A DNA stretch of 64,000 nucleotides, from assembly GCA_903844155.1 (NCBI GenBank), contig CAIMSU010000162.1:70845-134844 (forward strand), written 5' to 3'. Below, in pieces: positions 32,492 to 42,554 of the stretch. How positions within the stretch are numbered: position 1 is the first letter of the stretch; every line of letters begins with the position of its first letter. Source of the DNA: an uncultured Pseudomonadota bacterium. GTDB lineage: Bacteria; Myxococcota_A; UBA796; SXON01. The position numbers were made by a program, and so were the translations under genes. The notes under the pieces are model-generated. The model was not told the origin of the DNA, did not search any database, and was given only the letters and a program-made list of their open reading frames with translations.

Positions 32492-34528
32492 ATGCGCGCC
32501 TTCGCCCCCCTCGTCGTCGTGGCCGCCTGCACGGGCGCAACGGGCGGCAGCCATCACGCACACACCACCGACTCGGGCCATGCTGCCGAATCGGGCCATG
32601 CTGCCGACTCGGGCGACACCGGCACCCCGGCCACCTTCACGCTCTCCGCCCCCGCGAGCATCGCCCTCCCCTACGTCTCCGTCGGTGACGCGCGGCCATC
32701 CACGACGTTCGCGGTGCAGAACACGGGAGCGACGGGCTCCACCGGCGCGCTCGCCCCGGGCGCTTCCGGCCCGTTTGACGTCCAGATCGACACCTCGCCC
32801 TTTGCCCCGGGGGAGGTCCGCATTGGAACGGTGACCTACACCGGCACGACGGACGCCCCAGTTCTCCAGGTTGGCACGGTCGGATTGGCGGTGGATGGGC
32901 AGACGGCCGACATTCCCGTCGCCGCCGTGGTCGGCGACGCCGCCATCCCTGCGGCAACGTGGGCGACCGACGACTGGGGAGCTTGTACCACGGTGTTACT
33001 GCCATCGGCGCCATTCCCGTACGGCTCCGCGCCCTACGCGGATTCGTCGGTGATGATCTGCGTCCCCACCGGCTTGTCCGACCGCGGGAACATCGGCATC
33101 GTCACGCACTTCCATGGGTGGAATGCGACGATCGACGAGGTCGACAACTACGAGCACCTGCACGCGCAGGCGGCGCTGTCGGGTCGGGATGCGGTGTTCG
33201 TGCTTCCGCAGGGCCCCGTGGAGGCCCAGGACGGCGATTTTGGGAAGTTGGACCAGCCAGACGGCCTCTCCAACCTGGCGCGGGACGTCGTCTCGGTGCT
33301 CTACCGGGATGGGTACGTCACGCGGCCGGTCGTCGGGCCGGTGGTCCTGACCTCGCACTCAGGCGGCTACAACGCCGTCGCGGACGCGCTGACCGTGGGT
33401 GGCCTGCCCATCGCCGCCATCCACCTCTACGACTCGATGTACGGCGACGAGGCGACCTACCTCGCCTACGCGGAGTCAGGCGGAACGCTTCGTTCGAGCT
33501 ACACATCGGGCGGCGGGACGGACGGGGTGAACGCGGACGCGGCCGCTTCCCTCGCCTCGGCCGGGCTGGATGTCTCGGCCGACTTCTACGAGGATGATCT
33601 GCGGCAAAGCCCCGTCAGCATCGGCTTCATCGACTCCTCACACGACGATTGTCTGTCGACGGATCAGAGCTACGCCCGCTGGCTTGCAGCCTCGGGCCTT
33701 CCACGCCTCCCCGCCGCCCCGCCGGAGATCCTGTCCACGGTCGACCGGGCCGGCGATGTCTCGATGAACTGGCGGGCAGACGCCGGGTTCTCCGCGGTCG
33801 TCCAGGGCTCGGCCGATGGGGTGACATGGACCGATCTCGTCTCGACGACCGACCATGACGCGACCGTCCCGGCGCAGGGGTACCTGCGTGTGGAGGCGGA
33901 CGTGGCAGGCGCTCGCCCCTCGAACGTCTACGGCGCGACGGGGCAGACCTGGCTGATCGTCGACGGCTTCGACCGGATCTTCGGGGGTAGTTGGAGCAAG
34001 CCCACCCATGACTTCCCCGCGCAGATGGGCGCCGCGCTCACCGCCAACGGCGCGACATTCAGCGTGGCGTCACACGAGGCGGTTGCGGAGGGGCGGGTCT
34101 CGCTCGGTGACTACACACATGTCCTGTGGCTGCTGGGGGATGAGTCCACCGCCGATCGGACGTTCGACGATCGGGAGAAGTCGGCGATCGAGGGGTACGT
34201 TTCGGGTGACGGCAAGCTCGTCGTCTCCGGCAGCGAGGTCGGGTACGCGACCGACGGAAGCTGGCTTTCGAGCACGTTGCACGCGCGCTACGTGAGCGAC
34301 AGCGCCGGGACGGATGCCGTGGAGGGGTGGACCCTGGGGGTCACCTACCCCGAGGACTACCCCGATGTGCTCGATGGCGACGACGTGATCTGGCAGTACG
34401 GCACCGGCGGTGGCGCGGCAGTTGGTTGGAGCCAGCGCGTCGTGGTCGTCGGGTTTGCTTTGGAGACGCCGAGCGCGCCTGACCGCGCGGCGATGGTCGG
34501 GGAGCTGATCGCGTATCTTGGGGGTTGA
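32492..34528 (+). CDS. Hypothetical lipoprotein, possible alpha/beta-hydrolase-like central domain
   Basis: The lipobox is MRAFAPLVVVAAC. An HFHGW...TSHSGGY segment resembles an esterase nucleophile elbow. I do not recognise the C-terminal domain. Confidence 0.65.
   Translation: MRAFAPLVVVAACTGATGGSHHAHTTDSGHAAESGHAADSGDTGTPATFTLSAPASIALPYVSVGDARPSTTFAVQNTGATGSTGALAPGASGPFDVQIDTSPFAPGEVRIGTVTYTGTTDAPVLQVGTVGLAVDGQTADIPVAAVVGDAAIPAATWATDDWGACTTVLLPSAPFPYGSAPYADSSVMICVPTGLSDRGNIGIVTHFHGWNATIDEVDNYEHLHAQAALSGRDAVFVLPQGPVEAQDGDFGKLDQPDGLSNLARDVVSVLYRDGYVTRPVVGPVVLTSHSGGYNAVADALTVGGLPIAAIHLYDSMYGDEATYLAYAESGGTLRSSYTSGGGTDGVNADAAASLASAGLDVSADFYEDDLRQSPVSIGFIDSSHDDCLSTDQSYARWLAASGLPRLPAAPPEILSTVDRAGDVSMNWRADAGFSAVVQGSADGVTWTDLVSTTDHDATVPAQGYLRVEADVAGARPSNVYGATGQTWLIVDGFDRIFGGSWSKPTHDFPAQMGAALTANGATFSVASHEAVAEGRVSLGDYTHVLWLLGDESTADRTFDDREKSAIEGYVSGDGKLVVSGSEVGYATDGSWLSSTLHARYVSDSAGTDAVEGWTLGVTYPEDYPDVLDGDDVIWQYGTGGGAAVGWSQRVVVVGFALETPSAPDRAAMVGELIAYLGG
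32573..32614 (+). repeat. 18-nt tandem repeat (2.3 copies) in the lipoprotein linker
   Basis: The copies are tcgggccatgctgccgaa, tcgggccatgctgccgac and tcgggc, encoding DSGHAAESGHAADSG. Confidence 0.9.
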
Positions 34529-34630
34529 CATGGACGAATGCGGCTTGTCCGGTCGAGCCGCCCGCGGAATCGGTTGCGCTCTCGGCAGCCGAGCGCCGGG
34601 ATCTTCGGCACCATGCCGGCATCCTACTCC

Positions 34631-37519
34631 CTAGTCAAACAACGCGGCGATCTCGTCCCGACCGAGCGCCGACGCCAGCGCCGCATCGTCCAGCGCTGCT
34701 GCGGCGAGCAGGCGCTTGCGAGCTTGTAGCTCCATGATCCGCTCCTCGACGGTGCCTTCGGCGACGATGCGGGTCGCCACGACGGGGCGGGTCTGGCCGA
34801 TGCGGTGGGCGCGGTCGGTAGCTTGATCCTCGACGGCGGGGTTCCACCACGGATCCATGAGAAAAACGTAGTCCGCAGCAACGAGATTCAGGCCGGTGCC
34901 ACCGGCCGTCAGCGACAGGAGGAACACCGGCGGCCCGTCCGGGGACTGGAATTCGGCGACGACGGCCGCGCGATCGACCGTGCTGCCGTCCAGGCGGACG
35001 TAGCGAATTCCCCGTGCCTCAAGCTCGGGTTCGATGAGGTCCAGCATCGACGTCCACTGGCTGAACACAAGCGCCTTGTGGCCGTCGCCGACCTCGTCGC
35101 CGGACCCGTCCCCGATCCCGAGATCGTCCAACTCCTCCATCAGCAAATCGACCTTCGCGCTGCTCTTCGCCGTTCGGCCCGGCAAAAGCCCGCTATGGCA
35201 GGCCGCCTGCCGCATCCGCAGCAGCACCTCCAGCACCTGCAGCGTGCGTCCGCCGCCGAGCATCTTCGCGACGTCTGCCCGCGTCAGCGAGCGCACCGAC
35301 TCGTAGATCGCCCGCTCCTCGGCCGACAACGTGCACCGGACAACGCGGTCGGTGCGCTGCGGGAGATCCTTTGCCACATTGATCTTCAGGCGGCGCAGGA
35401 CGAACGGGCGCACCCGACGGCGCAGGTCGTCACGCGCCCGCCGGCTGCCGTTGGCGATGGGCGTGCCGAAGCGGTCGCGAAACGCGGTGCGACCGCCGAG
35501 CAGCCCGGGTTGGACGCAGTGAAAAAGCGACCACAGCTCGTCCAGACGGTTCTCCACGGGCGTGCCGGTGACCGCAAGCTTCAGCGTGGCCGGCGTGCGA
35601 CAAGCCGCCTCCGCAGCCTGCGAATCCGGGTTCTTCATCGCCTGCGCCTCGTCCAGGATCAAGGTCGACCATGTGCGCGCCCCGAGCGCCTCCGCGTCCA
35701 GGCGCAGGAGCGCCCAGGTCGTGACCGTGAGGTCGGCGGCGGGGTCGAGGGCACGCTTTGGCCCGTGGTAGACGTTGACGGTGAGGGAGGGCGCGAACTT
35801 CGCAGCCTCGCTCGCCCAGTTCCGGAGCACGGACGTTGGTGCGACGACCAGGGCGGGGCCGAGCGGCCGCCGGGTGAGCAGCAGCGCGAGGCACTGAATC
35901 GTCTTCCCGAGCCCCATGTCGTCGGCGAGCACACCCCCGGAGGTCGTCGCGCCGAGGCTGCCGAGCCAGGCGAGCCAGTCCAGACCGCGCTGCTGGTAGG
36001 GCCGCAGGGCGCCGACGAAGCCCGGGTGGAGTGGAGCGGCGGGGACGGCATCAAAGTCGCCTGCGAGGGCCTTGAGGGCCGAGAGCGCGGGCGGGATGGG
36101 GAGGGCGAGGGCGTCTGCGGCGTCGAGGAGGACGGCGGCGCGGTCGCGGCGGACGGTGCCGTCGGCGTCGCGCGCGTCGAGGAGCTCGGCGAGGAGCGGG
36201 CCATAGCGGTCCAGCCATTCGCGCGGGACGGGCCGGAACCCGCCTTCGAGGAGCGGAACGAGCGAAATGTGGTCCTGCCATGCGGACAGCAGCGCGCTCG
36301 GGTCGGCGCCGGCGGTGTCGATGGCGACGGCGAAGCTGCTGCCGTCACCGCTGGCGTTGATGGCGATTGCGGGGTCGCCGGCCGCGCGTTCGATGCGGAA
36401 CTGCGGTGCTTTGGTGAGGATCATCGACCGTATCTGCGGCTTGAGCCCCTCCACCCACCGCGCCGCCTCTGTGCCGACGCGAGCGGTGCCCGACCCCGGT
36501 GCAAGCCGCATCTCGCCGAGCTCAGCCTCCAGCCGGCGTTCCGCGACGAGGTCGCGCGCAGGCAGGTCGCCGGTGAGGCGGACCAGTGTCCCGCGTTGCA
36601 GGCGCGCGATCGGCGGATCGCCGTACACGATCCAGGGCGTGACGGCGAGCGCGCAGCCCGCCCCGTAGCTCCCGGACGCCGTGACCTCCCACTCCAGCCG
36701 CGGCGGCACCGTCACCACCTTCGGCAGCTTTGCCGAGCGCCGCTCGACCGGCACGAGCTTTTCCAGCCGCGGGAGAAAGCGTGTCAGCAGCTCCTCGGCG
36801 TCCGTCGCCCGGTACAGGATGCCGCTGTTGAGGCGGTTTTTCAGCTCGACGTCCAGTCCGCCATCCGTGAACGGGCGCAGGACCGTCCCCATCCGGACCA
36901 CGCCGTTGCGAAAAGCTTCGTCGATCCCCGGCGCGCGCACGAGGCGGACCTTCCAGCCCCCGTCGTGATCCTCGACCAGCGCTCGCGGAACGACCGGCTC
37001 CCCGTCCGCGGTCACCGGGGCGCCGTCGAGCGTGACGTCCAGCCCCTTCAGCGCGGCGAGCACGTTCTGGAGGACGACCCGGGGCACGATGGGCGAGCCC
37101 TCGCCCGCCCGCTGCCCGTCGCCGCTGGTCAGCCACTCGCGCGCGACGCGCTGCACCAGCTTGTCGTCGTCCGTCCAGACGGCGTCGGCCGGTGCTCGGG
37201 CCGAGAGCCGTAAGCCCTCGGGGCTGCGGGTGAGGCGCCACTGCACCCGGCCTGCCGCTCGCTGGGTGAACCGACCGGCGGCCCGGGCGATGGCGACGGC
37301 GCCAAAATGCACGCAGCCGGGGCTCTCGCAGGTGCAGTACCAGTCGGCATCGCCGGGCCACAGCGTGACCTCCCAGGGGGCTGCGCGGGGTGGCACGCGC
37401 ACAAACCACGTCTCCTCGGTGGCCGTGCGCTTGCCGAGGCTGACGGCGTCGCCGTTGGCGAGGGCTTCTGCGCGCTCCCACTGGCCAGGCGGGACGACGC
37501 GGCGGGCTTTTTCAAGCAT
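34631..37519 (-). CDS. SNF2-family helicase with an N-terminal SWIM zinc finger
   Basis: The SWIM finger is WYCTCESPGCVHFGAV. SNF2 motifs are DDMGLGKTIQ, LILDEAQAMKN and GGTGLNLVAADYVFLMDPWWNPAVEDQATDRAHRIGQ. The start overlaps the upstream gene by 8 nt. Confidence 0.92.
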   Translation of the reverse strand: MLEKARRVVPPGQWERAEALANGDAVSLGKRTATEETWFVRVPPRAAPWEVTLWPGDADWYCTCESPGCVHFGAVAIARAAGRFTQRAAGRVQWRLTRSPEGLRLSARAPADAVWTDDDKLVQRVAREWLTSGDGQRAGEGSPIVPRVVLQNVLAALKGLDVTLDGAPVTADGEPVVPRALVEDHDGGWKVRLVRAPGIDEAFRNGVVRMGTVLRPFTDGGLDVELKNRLNSGILYRATDAEELLTRFLPRLEKLVPVERRSAKLPKVVTVPPRLEWEVTASGSYGAGCALAVTPWIVYGDPPIARLQRGTLVRLTGDLPARDLVAERRLEAELGEMRLAPGSGTARVGTEAARWVEGLKPQIRSMILTKAPQFRIERAAGDPAIAINASGDGSSFAVAIDTAGADPSALLSAWQDHISLVPLLEGGFRPVPREWLDRYGPLLAELLDARDADGTVRRDRAAVLLDAADALALPIPPALSALKALAGDFDAVPAAPLHPGFVGALRPYQQRGLDWLAWLGSLGATTSGGVLADDMGLGKTIQCLALLLTRRPLGPALVVAPTSVLRNWASEAAKFAPSLTVNVYHGPKRALDPAADLTVTTWALLRLDAEALGARTWSTLILDEAQAMKNPDSQAAEAACRTPATLKLAVTGTPVENRLDELWSLFHCVQPGLLGGRTAFRDRFGTPIANGSRRARDDLRRRVRPFVLRRLKINVAKDLPQRTDRVVRCTLSAEERAIYESVRSLTRADVAKMLGGGRTLQVLEVLLRMRQAACHSGLLPGRTAKSSAKVDLLMEELDDLGIGDGSGDEVGDGHKALVFSQWTSMLDLIEPELEARGIRYVRLDGSTVDRAAVVAEFQSPDGPPVFLLSLTAGGTGLNLVAADYVFLMDPWWNPAVEDQATDRAHRIGQTRPVVATRIVAEGTVEERIMELQARKRLLAAAALDDAALASALGRDEIAALFD

Positions 37520-39068
37520 TCGACGTGGGCGTTCCCGCCTCGACCGTCAGCGGTGGCGTCCGGTGCGACTCGACGAGCAACCAGACGCCCATCACCACGG
37601 CATAGCCAAGCAACAACCAGGCGGTTCCGCCGATGAGGTAGACGCGGTGGTCGGGGTAGGTGACCTCGGAGTGGTTCGTGAACAACTCGATGCCCGCGAG
37701 CATCGCCAGACCTGCTGTGTGCCGCGTGCGCGACTCCCCAACGTCTGGCTTCACGAGGCCCGCGGCGTGCGCCACCCAGAGCGTCCAACGGGCGATGTAG
37801 TAGTAGTAGCTCGCGGTCGTCAGCAGGAAGAACGGGATGAATCCGTAGGCAAACACCTCTTCGTCGCGGCGCTTTCGCAGGCCCCAGCCCATCACCAGCA
37901 TCACGATGCCCGAGATCGCGTACCGGAGCGGCTTCTGGTGCTCGATGACCTCCTTCTCGGCCGTCGTGATGTTCTTGGGGAGCAGGTCGCCGCGGAACGG
38001 CAGAGCGAGCGCCAGCCCGATCCGGCGCGACGACAGGTTCTCCGACTTGTTGTGGTCCTCCATGTTGTCGTAGTGCGTCCGGACGATCTCCGGCCCGAAG
38101 TACAGCGTGGCCGCGCCCTGGAACACGGCGATGCCAAGGCAGAAGCCGGCGAGGAGCTTGAGCGCCGGCTGGTGGACCTTTCGCTCCAGCAGCCCGAATA
38201 CACCCTTCGCCCCCGGCCCGTACAGCCACATCGCCGGGAACATGCGCAGCGTCGTCGACCAGCCGGTCAGGAACCCGCCGAGGATCGGTCGCCCCTTCCG
38301 CACGCACGCCATGGCGATCACCAGCAGCGACACGTAGTCGTAGCGGTTGAACGCCCACGTGATCGTCGGCCAGCGCGTGGAATAGCTGACCATCAGGAAA
38401 AGCGCGGCCCAGAGCGCGGTGGTCCCGTCCCACGCCCACATCACCGCCCCGATCGCGGCGCCGAGCCACACGAGATCGAGGTAGCCGAGCGTCTTGATGT
38501 ACTCGACGGGGAGCTGCGCGAAGGGGAGCGACTGCAGCACCCACACCGTCGTGCCGTTGAAGCCGTGGTCCTGGATGAGCTGCTTCCACAGCTCGTCGTT
38601 CATGCCCTCCACATCCCGCTGCAGGTACAGAAAATCGTGGGTGAACGCCTTCCAGCGCTCGGGCGTGAACTTCGTGTCCCGGACCTGTCTTCCCTCGTCC
38701 AGCGCGACGGAGATCGGCGCCAGGTGGTGACCGTCGTCGTCCTGGTCCATGAACTTGTCGCCCTCATGGAACCTTGGGCCGCCGTTCTCGTGATCTGCGA
38801 GGATGCACGCCGGGTAGAGGTCGTAGTAGCCGAGCTCGTCGTAGTATTTCGTGTTCAGGTAGTAGTGGATCAGGTCATAGGTGTCGACCTGCCGAAAAGG
38901 CAGTTTGAAGCCGAAACGACAGTAGTCGAGGACGCCAAATGCGAGCAGGAGGACGAGGATGCCGCGGGCGACGCGCGGGTGCAGCAATGTCCAGGCGATC
39001 GCGAGCAGGACAGCGCCACCGCAGAGCCAGAACTTCCACGTCTCTGAGAGGCTGCGGGAGATGTCCAT
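37512..39068 (-). CDS. Polytopic membrane protein, unknown family (possibly a GT-C-like glycosyltransferase or polymerase)
   Basis: The start was trimmed to MDISRS at 39068, 2 nt after the GT2 stop. There are at least 10 hydrophobic helices. The protein is rich in Tyr/Lys/Phe and the gene is visibly less GC-rich than its neighbours. Confidence 0.7.
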   Translation of the reverse strand: MDISRSLSETWKFWLCGGAVLLAIAWTLLHPRVARGILVLLLAFGVLDYCRFGFKLPFRQVDTYDLIHYYLNTKYYDELGYYDLYPACILADHENGGPRFHEGDKFMDQDDDGHHLAPISVALDEGRQVRDTKFTPERWKAFTHDFLYLQRDVEGMNDELWKQLIQDHGFNGTTVWVLQSLPFAQLPVEYIKTLGYLDLVWLGAAIGAVMWAWDGTTALWAALFLMVSYSTRWPTITWAFNRYDYVSLLVIAMACVRKGRPILGGFLTGWSTTLRMFPAMWLYGPGAKGVFGLLERKVHQPALKLLAGFCLGIAVFQGAATLYFGPEIVRTHYDNMEDHNKSENLSSRRIGLALALPFRGDLLPKNITTAEKEVIEHQKPLRYAISGIVMLVMGWGLRKRRDEEVFAYGFIPFFLLTTASYYYYIARWTLWVAHAAGLVKPDVGESRTRHTAGLAMLAGIELFTNHSEVTYPDHRVYLIGGTAWLLLGYAVVMGVWLLVESHRTPPLTVEAGTPTSNA

Positions 39069-39070
39069 CG

Positions 39071-40528
39071 TTACTTTCCGGCCAGCGCGGCGGTGTCGAT
39101 CGAGGGGGCGGTGGCCGAGAGGTGACCCGCGCGGGCGACGAGCGCCCCGGCCGGAATCGACAAACGTAGCGCTGCCACCCAGCCGTACCCGCCGCCGAAG
39201 AGGAGGAGGAAGGGGACCGTGGCACAATGTGACGACGCGACCGCCCAGGCCGCCACGCCGAGGTTCAACGCCGCGAGCACCGCCTCCACGGGCAGACGGG
39301 ACACGGGGAGCGCGTAGCTGCCGATGCCGCCGCCGTTCTTGGGGGTTCGCACGAATTCGCCTCGCCCGCCGAAGAGCCCCTCAAACGTCGCGGCGGCTTG
39401 CGAGGGGCCGATGCCGATGCCGAGCGCCAGGACGCGCGGGAGGTCGCGCCACCGGGCCCCGCCCGCCCGGTAGAAGCCGGCGTTGGTGAGCAGCGAAAAC
39501 CCGACGAGCGGCAGGTCCAGCGCCAGGTGTCCCAGCGACGCCGACCCGCGCAGGGCCACGACCAGCGGCAGCAACACGCCGACAAGCACGCAAAGCGGCC
39601 AGGCGAGGTTCCCTGTCAGGTGCGCGGTCGCCTCGGCCTTCACGCGCAGGGGGATGGGCGCCCGCCAGATTCGTGGCAGCAGCTTCTTCGCGGTCTGGAT
39701 GCTGCCCCGGGCCCATCGGCGTTGCTGGGCGAGGAACGCGGCGATCGTGTCGGGGACCTCCGCAGGCACCGCGCCGTCCGAAAGGTAGAGGAAGCGCTCG
39801 CCTGCCAACAGCGCCCGGTAGGACAAGTCGAGGTCCTCCGTCAACGTGTCGTGCTGCCAGCCGCCGGATCGGATGATCGCCTCGCGCTGCCAGACGCCCG
39901 CAGTGCCATTGAAGTTGAACCATGCGCCCATCGCTTGCCGGGCGGGCTGTTCCACGACAAAGTGCCCGTCGAGCAACGCCGCCTGGCTGCGGGTGAGCGC
40001 GTTCGCATCGCGATTGAGGTGGGCCCAGGCGACCTGCACCATGCTGTACCCGGCGAGGAGGTGGGGGACGGTGCGTTCGAGAAAGTCGGGTGGTGGGACA
40101 AAGTCCGCGTCGAAGATGGCGATGAGCTCGCCCTGCGCCTGGCCAAGTCCGGCGGCCAGCGCCCCAGCCTTGTAGCCGACCCGACCGCTTCGGCGCACGA
40201 CCTCGGCAGTGATCCCGCGCTCCCGGGCGCGGCGGATCGCGGGGCTGGCCGCGCGGCCAGTGTCGTCCGTCGAGTCGTCGAGGAGCTGGATTTCAAGCCG
40301 GTCGGCTGGCCAGCGCAGCGCGGCGACGCTGTCCACGAGCCGCTCCACGACGTCGCGCTCGTTGTAGACGGGGAGCTGCACCGTGACGAACGGGTAGCGC
40401 GTGAGCGGCGGGCTGACGGGGTCGGCGAGCCGCCGCCGGAATGCCCAGCCGAGCACGAGGCGGTGCGCTCCGTGGACGGCCAATAGGGCGACCACGACGA
40501 GATAGCAGCGGTAGACCACCTCGGTCAT
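39071..40528 (-). CDS. Processive family-2 glycosyltransferase (cellulose/mannan-synthase-like)
   Basis: Motifs VQLPVYNE, LLDDSTDDT, FDADF, TEDLDLS and QQRRWARGS (QxxRW) are present, with flanking TM helices. Confidence 0.88.
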   Translation of the reverse strand: MTEVVYRCYLVVVALLAVHGAHRLVLGWAFRRRLADPVSPPLTRYPFVTVQLPVYNERDVVERLVDSVAALRWPADRLEIQLLDDSTDDTGRAASPAIRRARERGITAEVVRRSGRVGYKAGALAAGLGQAQGELIAIFDADFVPPPDFLERTVPHLLAGYSMVQVAWAHLNRDANALTRSQAALLDGHFVVEQPARQAMGAWFNFNGTAGVWQREAIIRSGGWQHDTLTEDLDLSYRALLAGERFLYLSDGAVPAEVPDTIAAFLAQQRRWARGSIQTAKKLLPRIWRAPIPLRVKAEATAHLTGNLAWPLCVLVGVLLPLVVALRGSASLGHLALDLPLVGFSLLTNAGFYRAGGARWRDLPRVLALGIGIGPSQAAATFEGLFGGRGEFVRTPKNGGGIGSYALPVSRLPVEAVLAALNLGVAAWAVASSHCATVPFLLLFGGGYGWVAALRLSIPAGALVARAGHLSATAPSIDTAALAGK

Positions 40529-40545
40529 GCGGCCTGCCCCTTCAC

Positions 40546-41472
40546 ATGTTCAGCCCCTCCCCGCCACCCGTCGGCGTCCTGCCGGGTGAGCTGCCGCCGG
40601 GAACGGCGGATCTGCTGCGCTTGGTGCTGTACTTCGACGTGTTTCGGCACCCGGTACGCCCGCAGGAGGCGGCCTGGATGTGCGGGGGGTCGGTCGACGA
40701 TCGCGTTCGGGCGGCGGTGGACGCGGGTCTCCTCCAGGAATCGCAAGGCTTTCTCGTGCGACCGGGGCGGCTCGCTACGATCCAGCGGCGCCGGGAGCGG
40801 ACCGCCCACGCCGAGCGGCTGTGGCCTGCAGCGATGCGGGCCGCACGGGTCCTGGCGCGGCTTCCCTTTGTCCACGGCGTGTTCCTGACCGGCGGCCTGT
40901 CGAAGCAGAGCTCCGAGCCCGGCGGGGACGCCGACTTTCTGCTGCTGGTCGAGCCGGGCTGTGTCTGGACGACGAAGACGGGCCTGCAGGTGGTCCGACG
41001 CGTGCTCCCCGAGGCCGTTCGCCGGCTGTTCTGCACCAACTACCTGCTTTCGACGGACGCGTTGGTGCTGGACGACCAGGACGTCTACACGGGCTTTGAA
41101 CTGGCGACGGCCATCCCGTTGGCGGGCGCGTCGGCGTGCACCGCGTTTCTCGCCGCGAACGGGTGGTCCCGACGCTGGATCCCGGGGCTGGACTGGGCGG
41201 TCGAGCGGGCGAAGGGCATTCCGCCGGGGCCTCGCGCGCCCTCGGCCCTCGCGGTGGCGGCGCGCACGATGGACCAGCGGCTCCAGGGTCGTTGGGACCG
41301 GCTCTGGGACGAAAAATACCGGTGGCTCCCGGAGGATGTCCGCGCCCGCCGGTTCAAGCGTTCCAGCGCGCGCGCGACCAACCACCTCCACGACTTTCGT
41401 GGCTTCGTGGTTGCCGAGTACCGCTCCCGTTGCCTGGAATTGGGCGTTGATCCCCTGCAGGAAGCGCTGTGA
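40546..41472 (+). CDS. Hypothetical protein with a Pol-beta-type nucleotidyltransferase-like motif
   Basis: The start was trimmed to MFSPSPPP. GVFLTGGLSKQSSEPGGDADFLLLV fits the GS-x(n)-DxD pattern. It forms a GTGA overlap with the next gene. Confidence 0.6.
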   Translation: MFSPSPPPVGVLPGELPPGTADLLRLVLYFDVFRHPVRPQEAAWMCGGSVDDRVRAAVDAGLLQESQGFLVRPGRLATIQRRRERTAHAERLWPAAMRAARVLARLPFVHGVFLTGGLSKQSSEPGGDADFLLLVEPGCVWTTKTGLQVVRRVLPEAVRRLFCTNYLLSTDALVLDDQDVYTGFELATAIPLAGASACTAFLAANGWSRRWIPGLDWAVERAKGIPPGPRAPSALAVAARTMDQRLQGRWDRLWDEKYRWLPEDVRARRFKRSSARATNHLHDFRGFVVAEYRSRCLELGVDPLQEAL

Positions 41473-42554
41473 GGATCGCGATGGTGGGGCTTCGTGCGCC
41501 ATGGGGCGTGGAGGGGGGCGTGGAAGCAGCGGTCGCCGCGCTGGCACCCCGCCTGGTCGCCGCCGGTCATGAGGTCACCGTCTACTGCCGGACCCGCTAC
41601 AACCCGCATGGCAGCAGCGTTCGCGAGGGTGTGCGGCTGCGCGATGTGGAGACCGTGTACGGGCGTTCGAGTGAGGCGTTCGTCCACACGCTGCTCTGCG
41701 CGCCGCGCGCGTCGTTGCGCCACGACGTCGTCCACCTGCACGCGTGCGGTCCAGCCCTGTTCTCGCCGATCCCCCGCCTTCTTGGCCGTAGAGTGGTCGT
41801 GACCCTCCATGGGGAGGACTGGCAGCGGGCAAAGTGGGGGGCGACGGCGCGCACGGTGCTGCGTGCGGGGGCGGAGGTCGGTGGGCGGTCAGCGCACGGC
41901 CTCATCGCCGTGTCCGCGGGACTCGCGGCGTGGGCCGGACGTTTTGGCCGGCGGGTGGCCCACATTCCCAACGGCGTCGCCCCGCACCAGCCGCAGGCCT
42001 GGGACGCCACCGTCTTCCCGATGCTCCAACCGGGTCGCTACCACCTTTTCCTTGGCCGCCTCGTCCCCGAAAAAGGCCTCGATCTGCTCGTCGCCGCCGC
42101 GCGTTCGCACCATGGCGATCCCATCGTCATCACGGGTGGCGCGTCCCATACAGACGCCTGGGTCTCGCGCCTTCGGGGGAGCGCGCCGCCGAACGTGATC
42201 TTCACGGGGACCCGGTTTGACCTCGAAAAGCGGATGCTGCTCACGCACGCCCGCTCGTTCCTGCTGCCAAGCCGGACGGAGGGCATGCCGGTCGCGTTGC
42301 TGGAGGGGATGGCCGCGGGGCTCCCGGCGCTGACCAGCGGCATCGCGCCGGTCCGGGAAGCGCTTGGCGACACGGGGACGATCGTCGAGGAGGACCCGCA
42401 AGCGTGGGCGCGGGCTCTGGCGGCCGTCGAGGGGCTCTCGGCGGGCGAGTGGGGTCGGCGCGGCGATGCGTGTCGCGCGCGGGTGCTGACGTCGTTCGGA
42501 TGGGAGCGGGCGGTCAACGCCCACGATGCGCTGTACCGCGCGCTGTTGCCGTAA
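41469..42554 (+). CDS. GT4-family (GT-B) glycosyltransferase
   Basis: MRIAMVG...GGVEAAV is a typical N-terminus. The C-terminal EGMPVALLEGMAAGLP matches the E-x7-E motif region. Confidence 0.85.
   Translation: MRIAMVGLRAPWGVEGGVEAAVAALAPRLVAAGHEVTVYCRTRYNPHGSSVREGVRLRDVETVYGRSSEAFVHTLLCAPRASLRHDVVHLHACGPALFSPIPRLLGRRVVVTLHGEDWQRAKWGATARTVLRAGAEVGGRSAHGLIAVSAGLAAWAGRFGRRVAHIPNGVAPHQPQAWDATVFPMLQPGRYHLFLGRLVPEKGLDLLVAAARSHHGDPIVITGGASHTDAWVSRLRGSAPPNVIFTGTRFDLEKRMLLTHARSFLLPSRTEGMPVALLEGMAAGLPALTSGIAPVREALGDTGTIVEEDPQAWARALAAVEGLSAGEWGRRGDACRARVLTSFGWERAVNAHDALYRALLP

Noticed and set aside
31366-37519. A defence-system reading (DISARM- or Zorya-like) of the PLD-family gene plus the SNF2 helicase.
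   Set aside because: The PLD protein is a lipobox lipoprotein on the opposite strand, separated from the helicase by an unrelated 679-aa lipoprotein. No methyltransferase, DUF1998-type, ZorAB-type or other defence partner is present.
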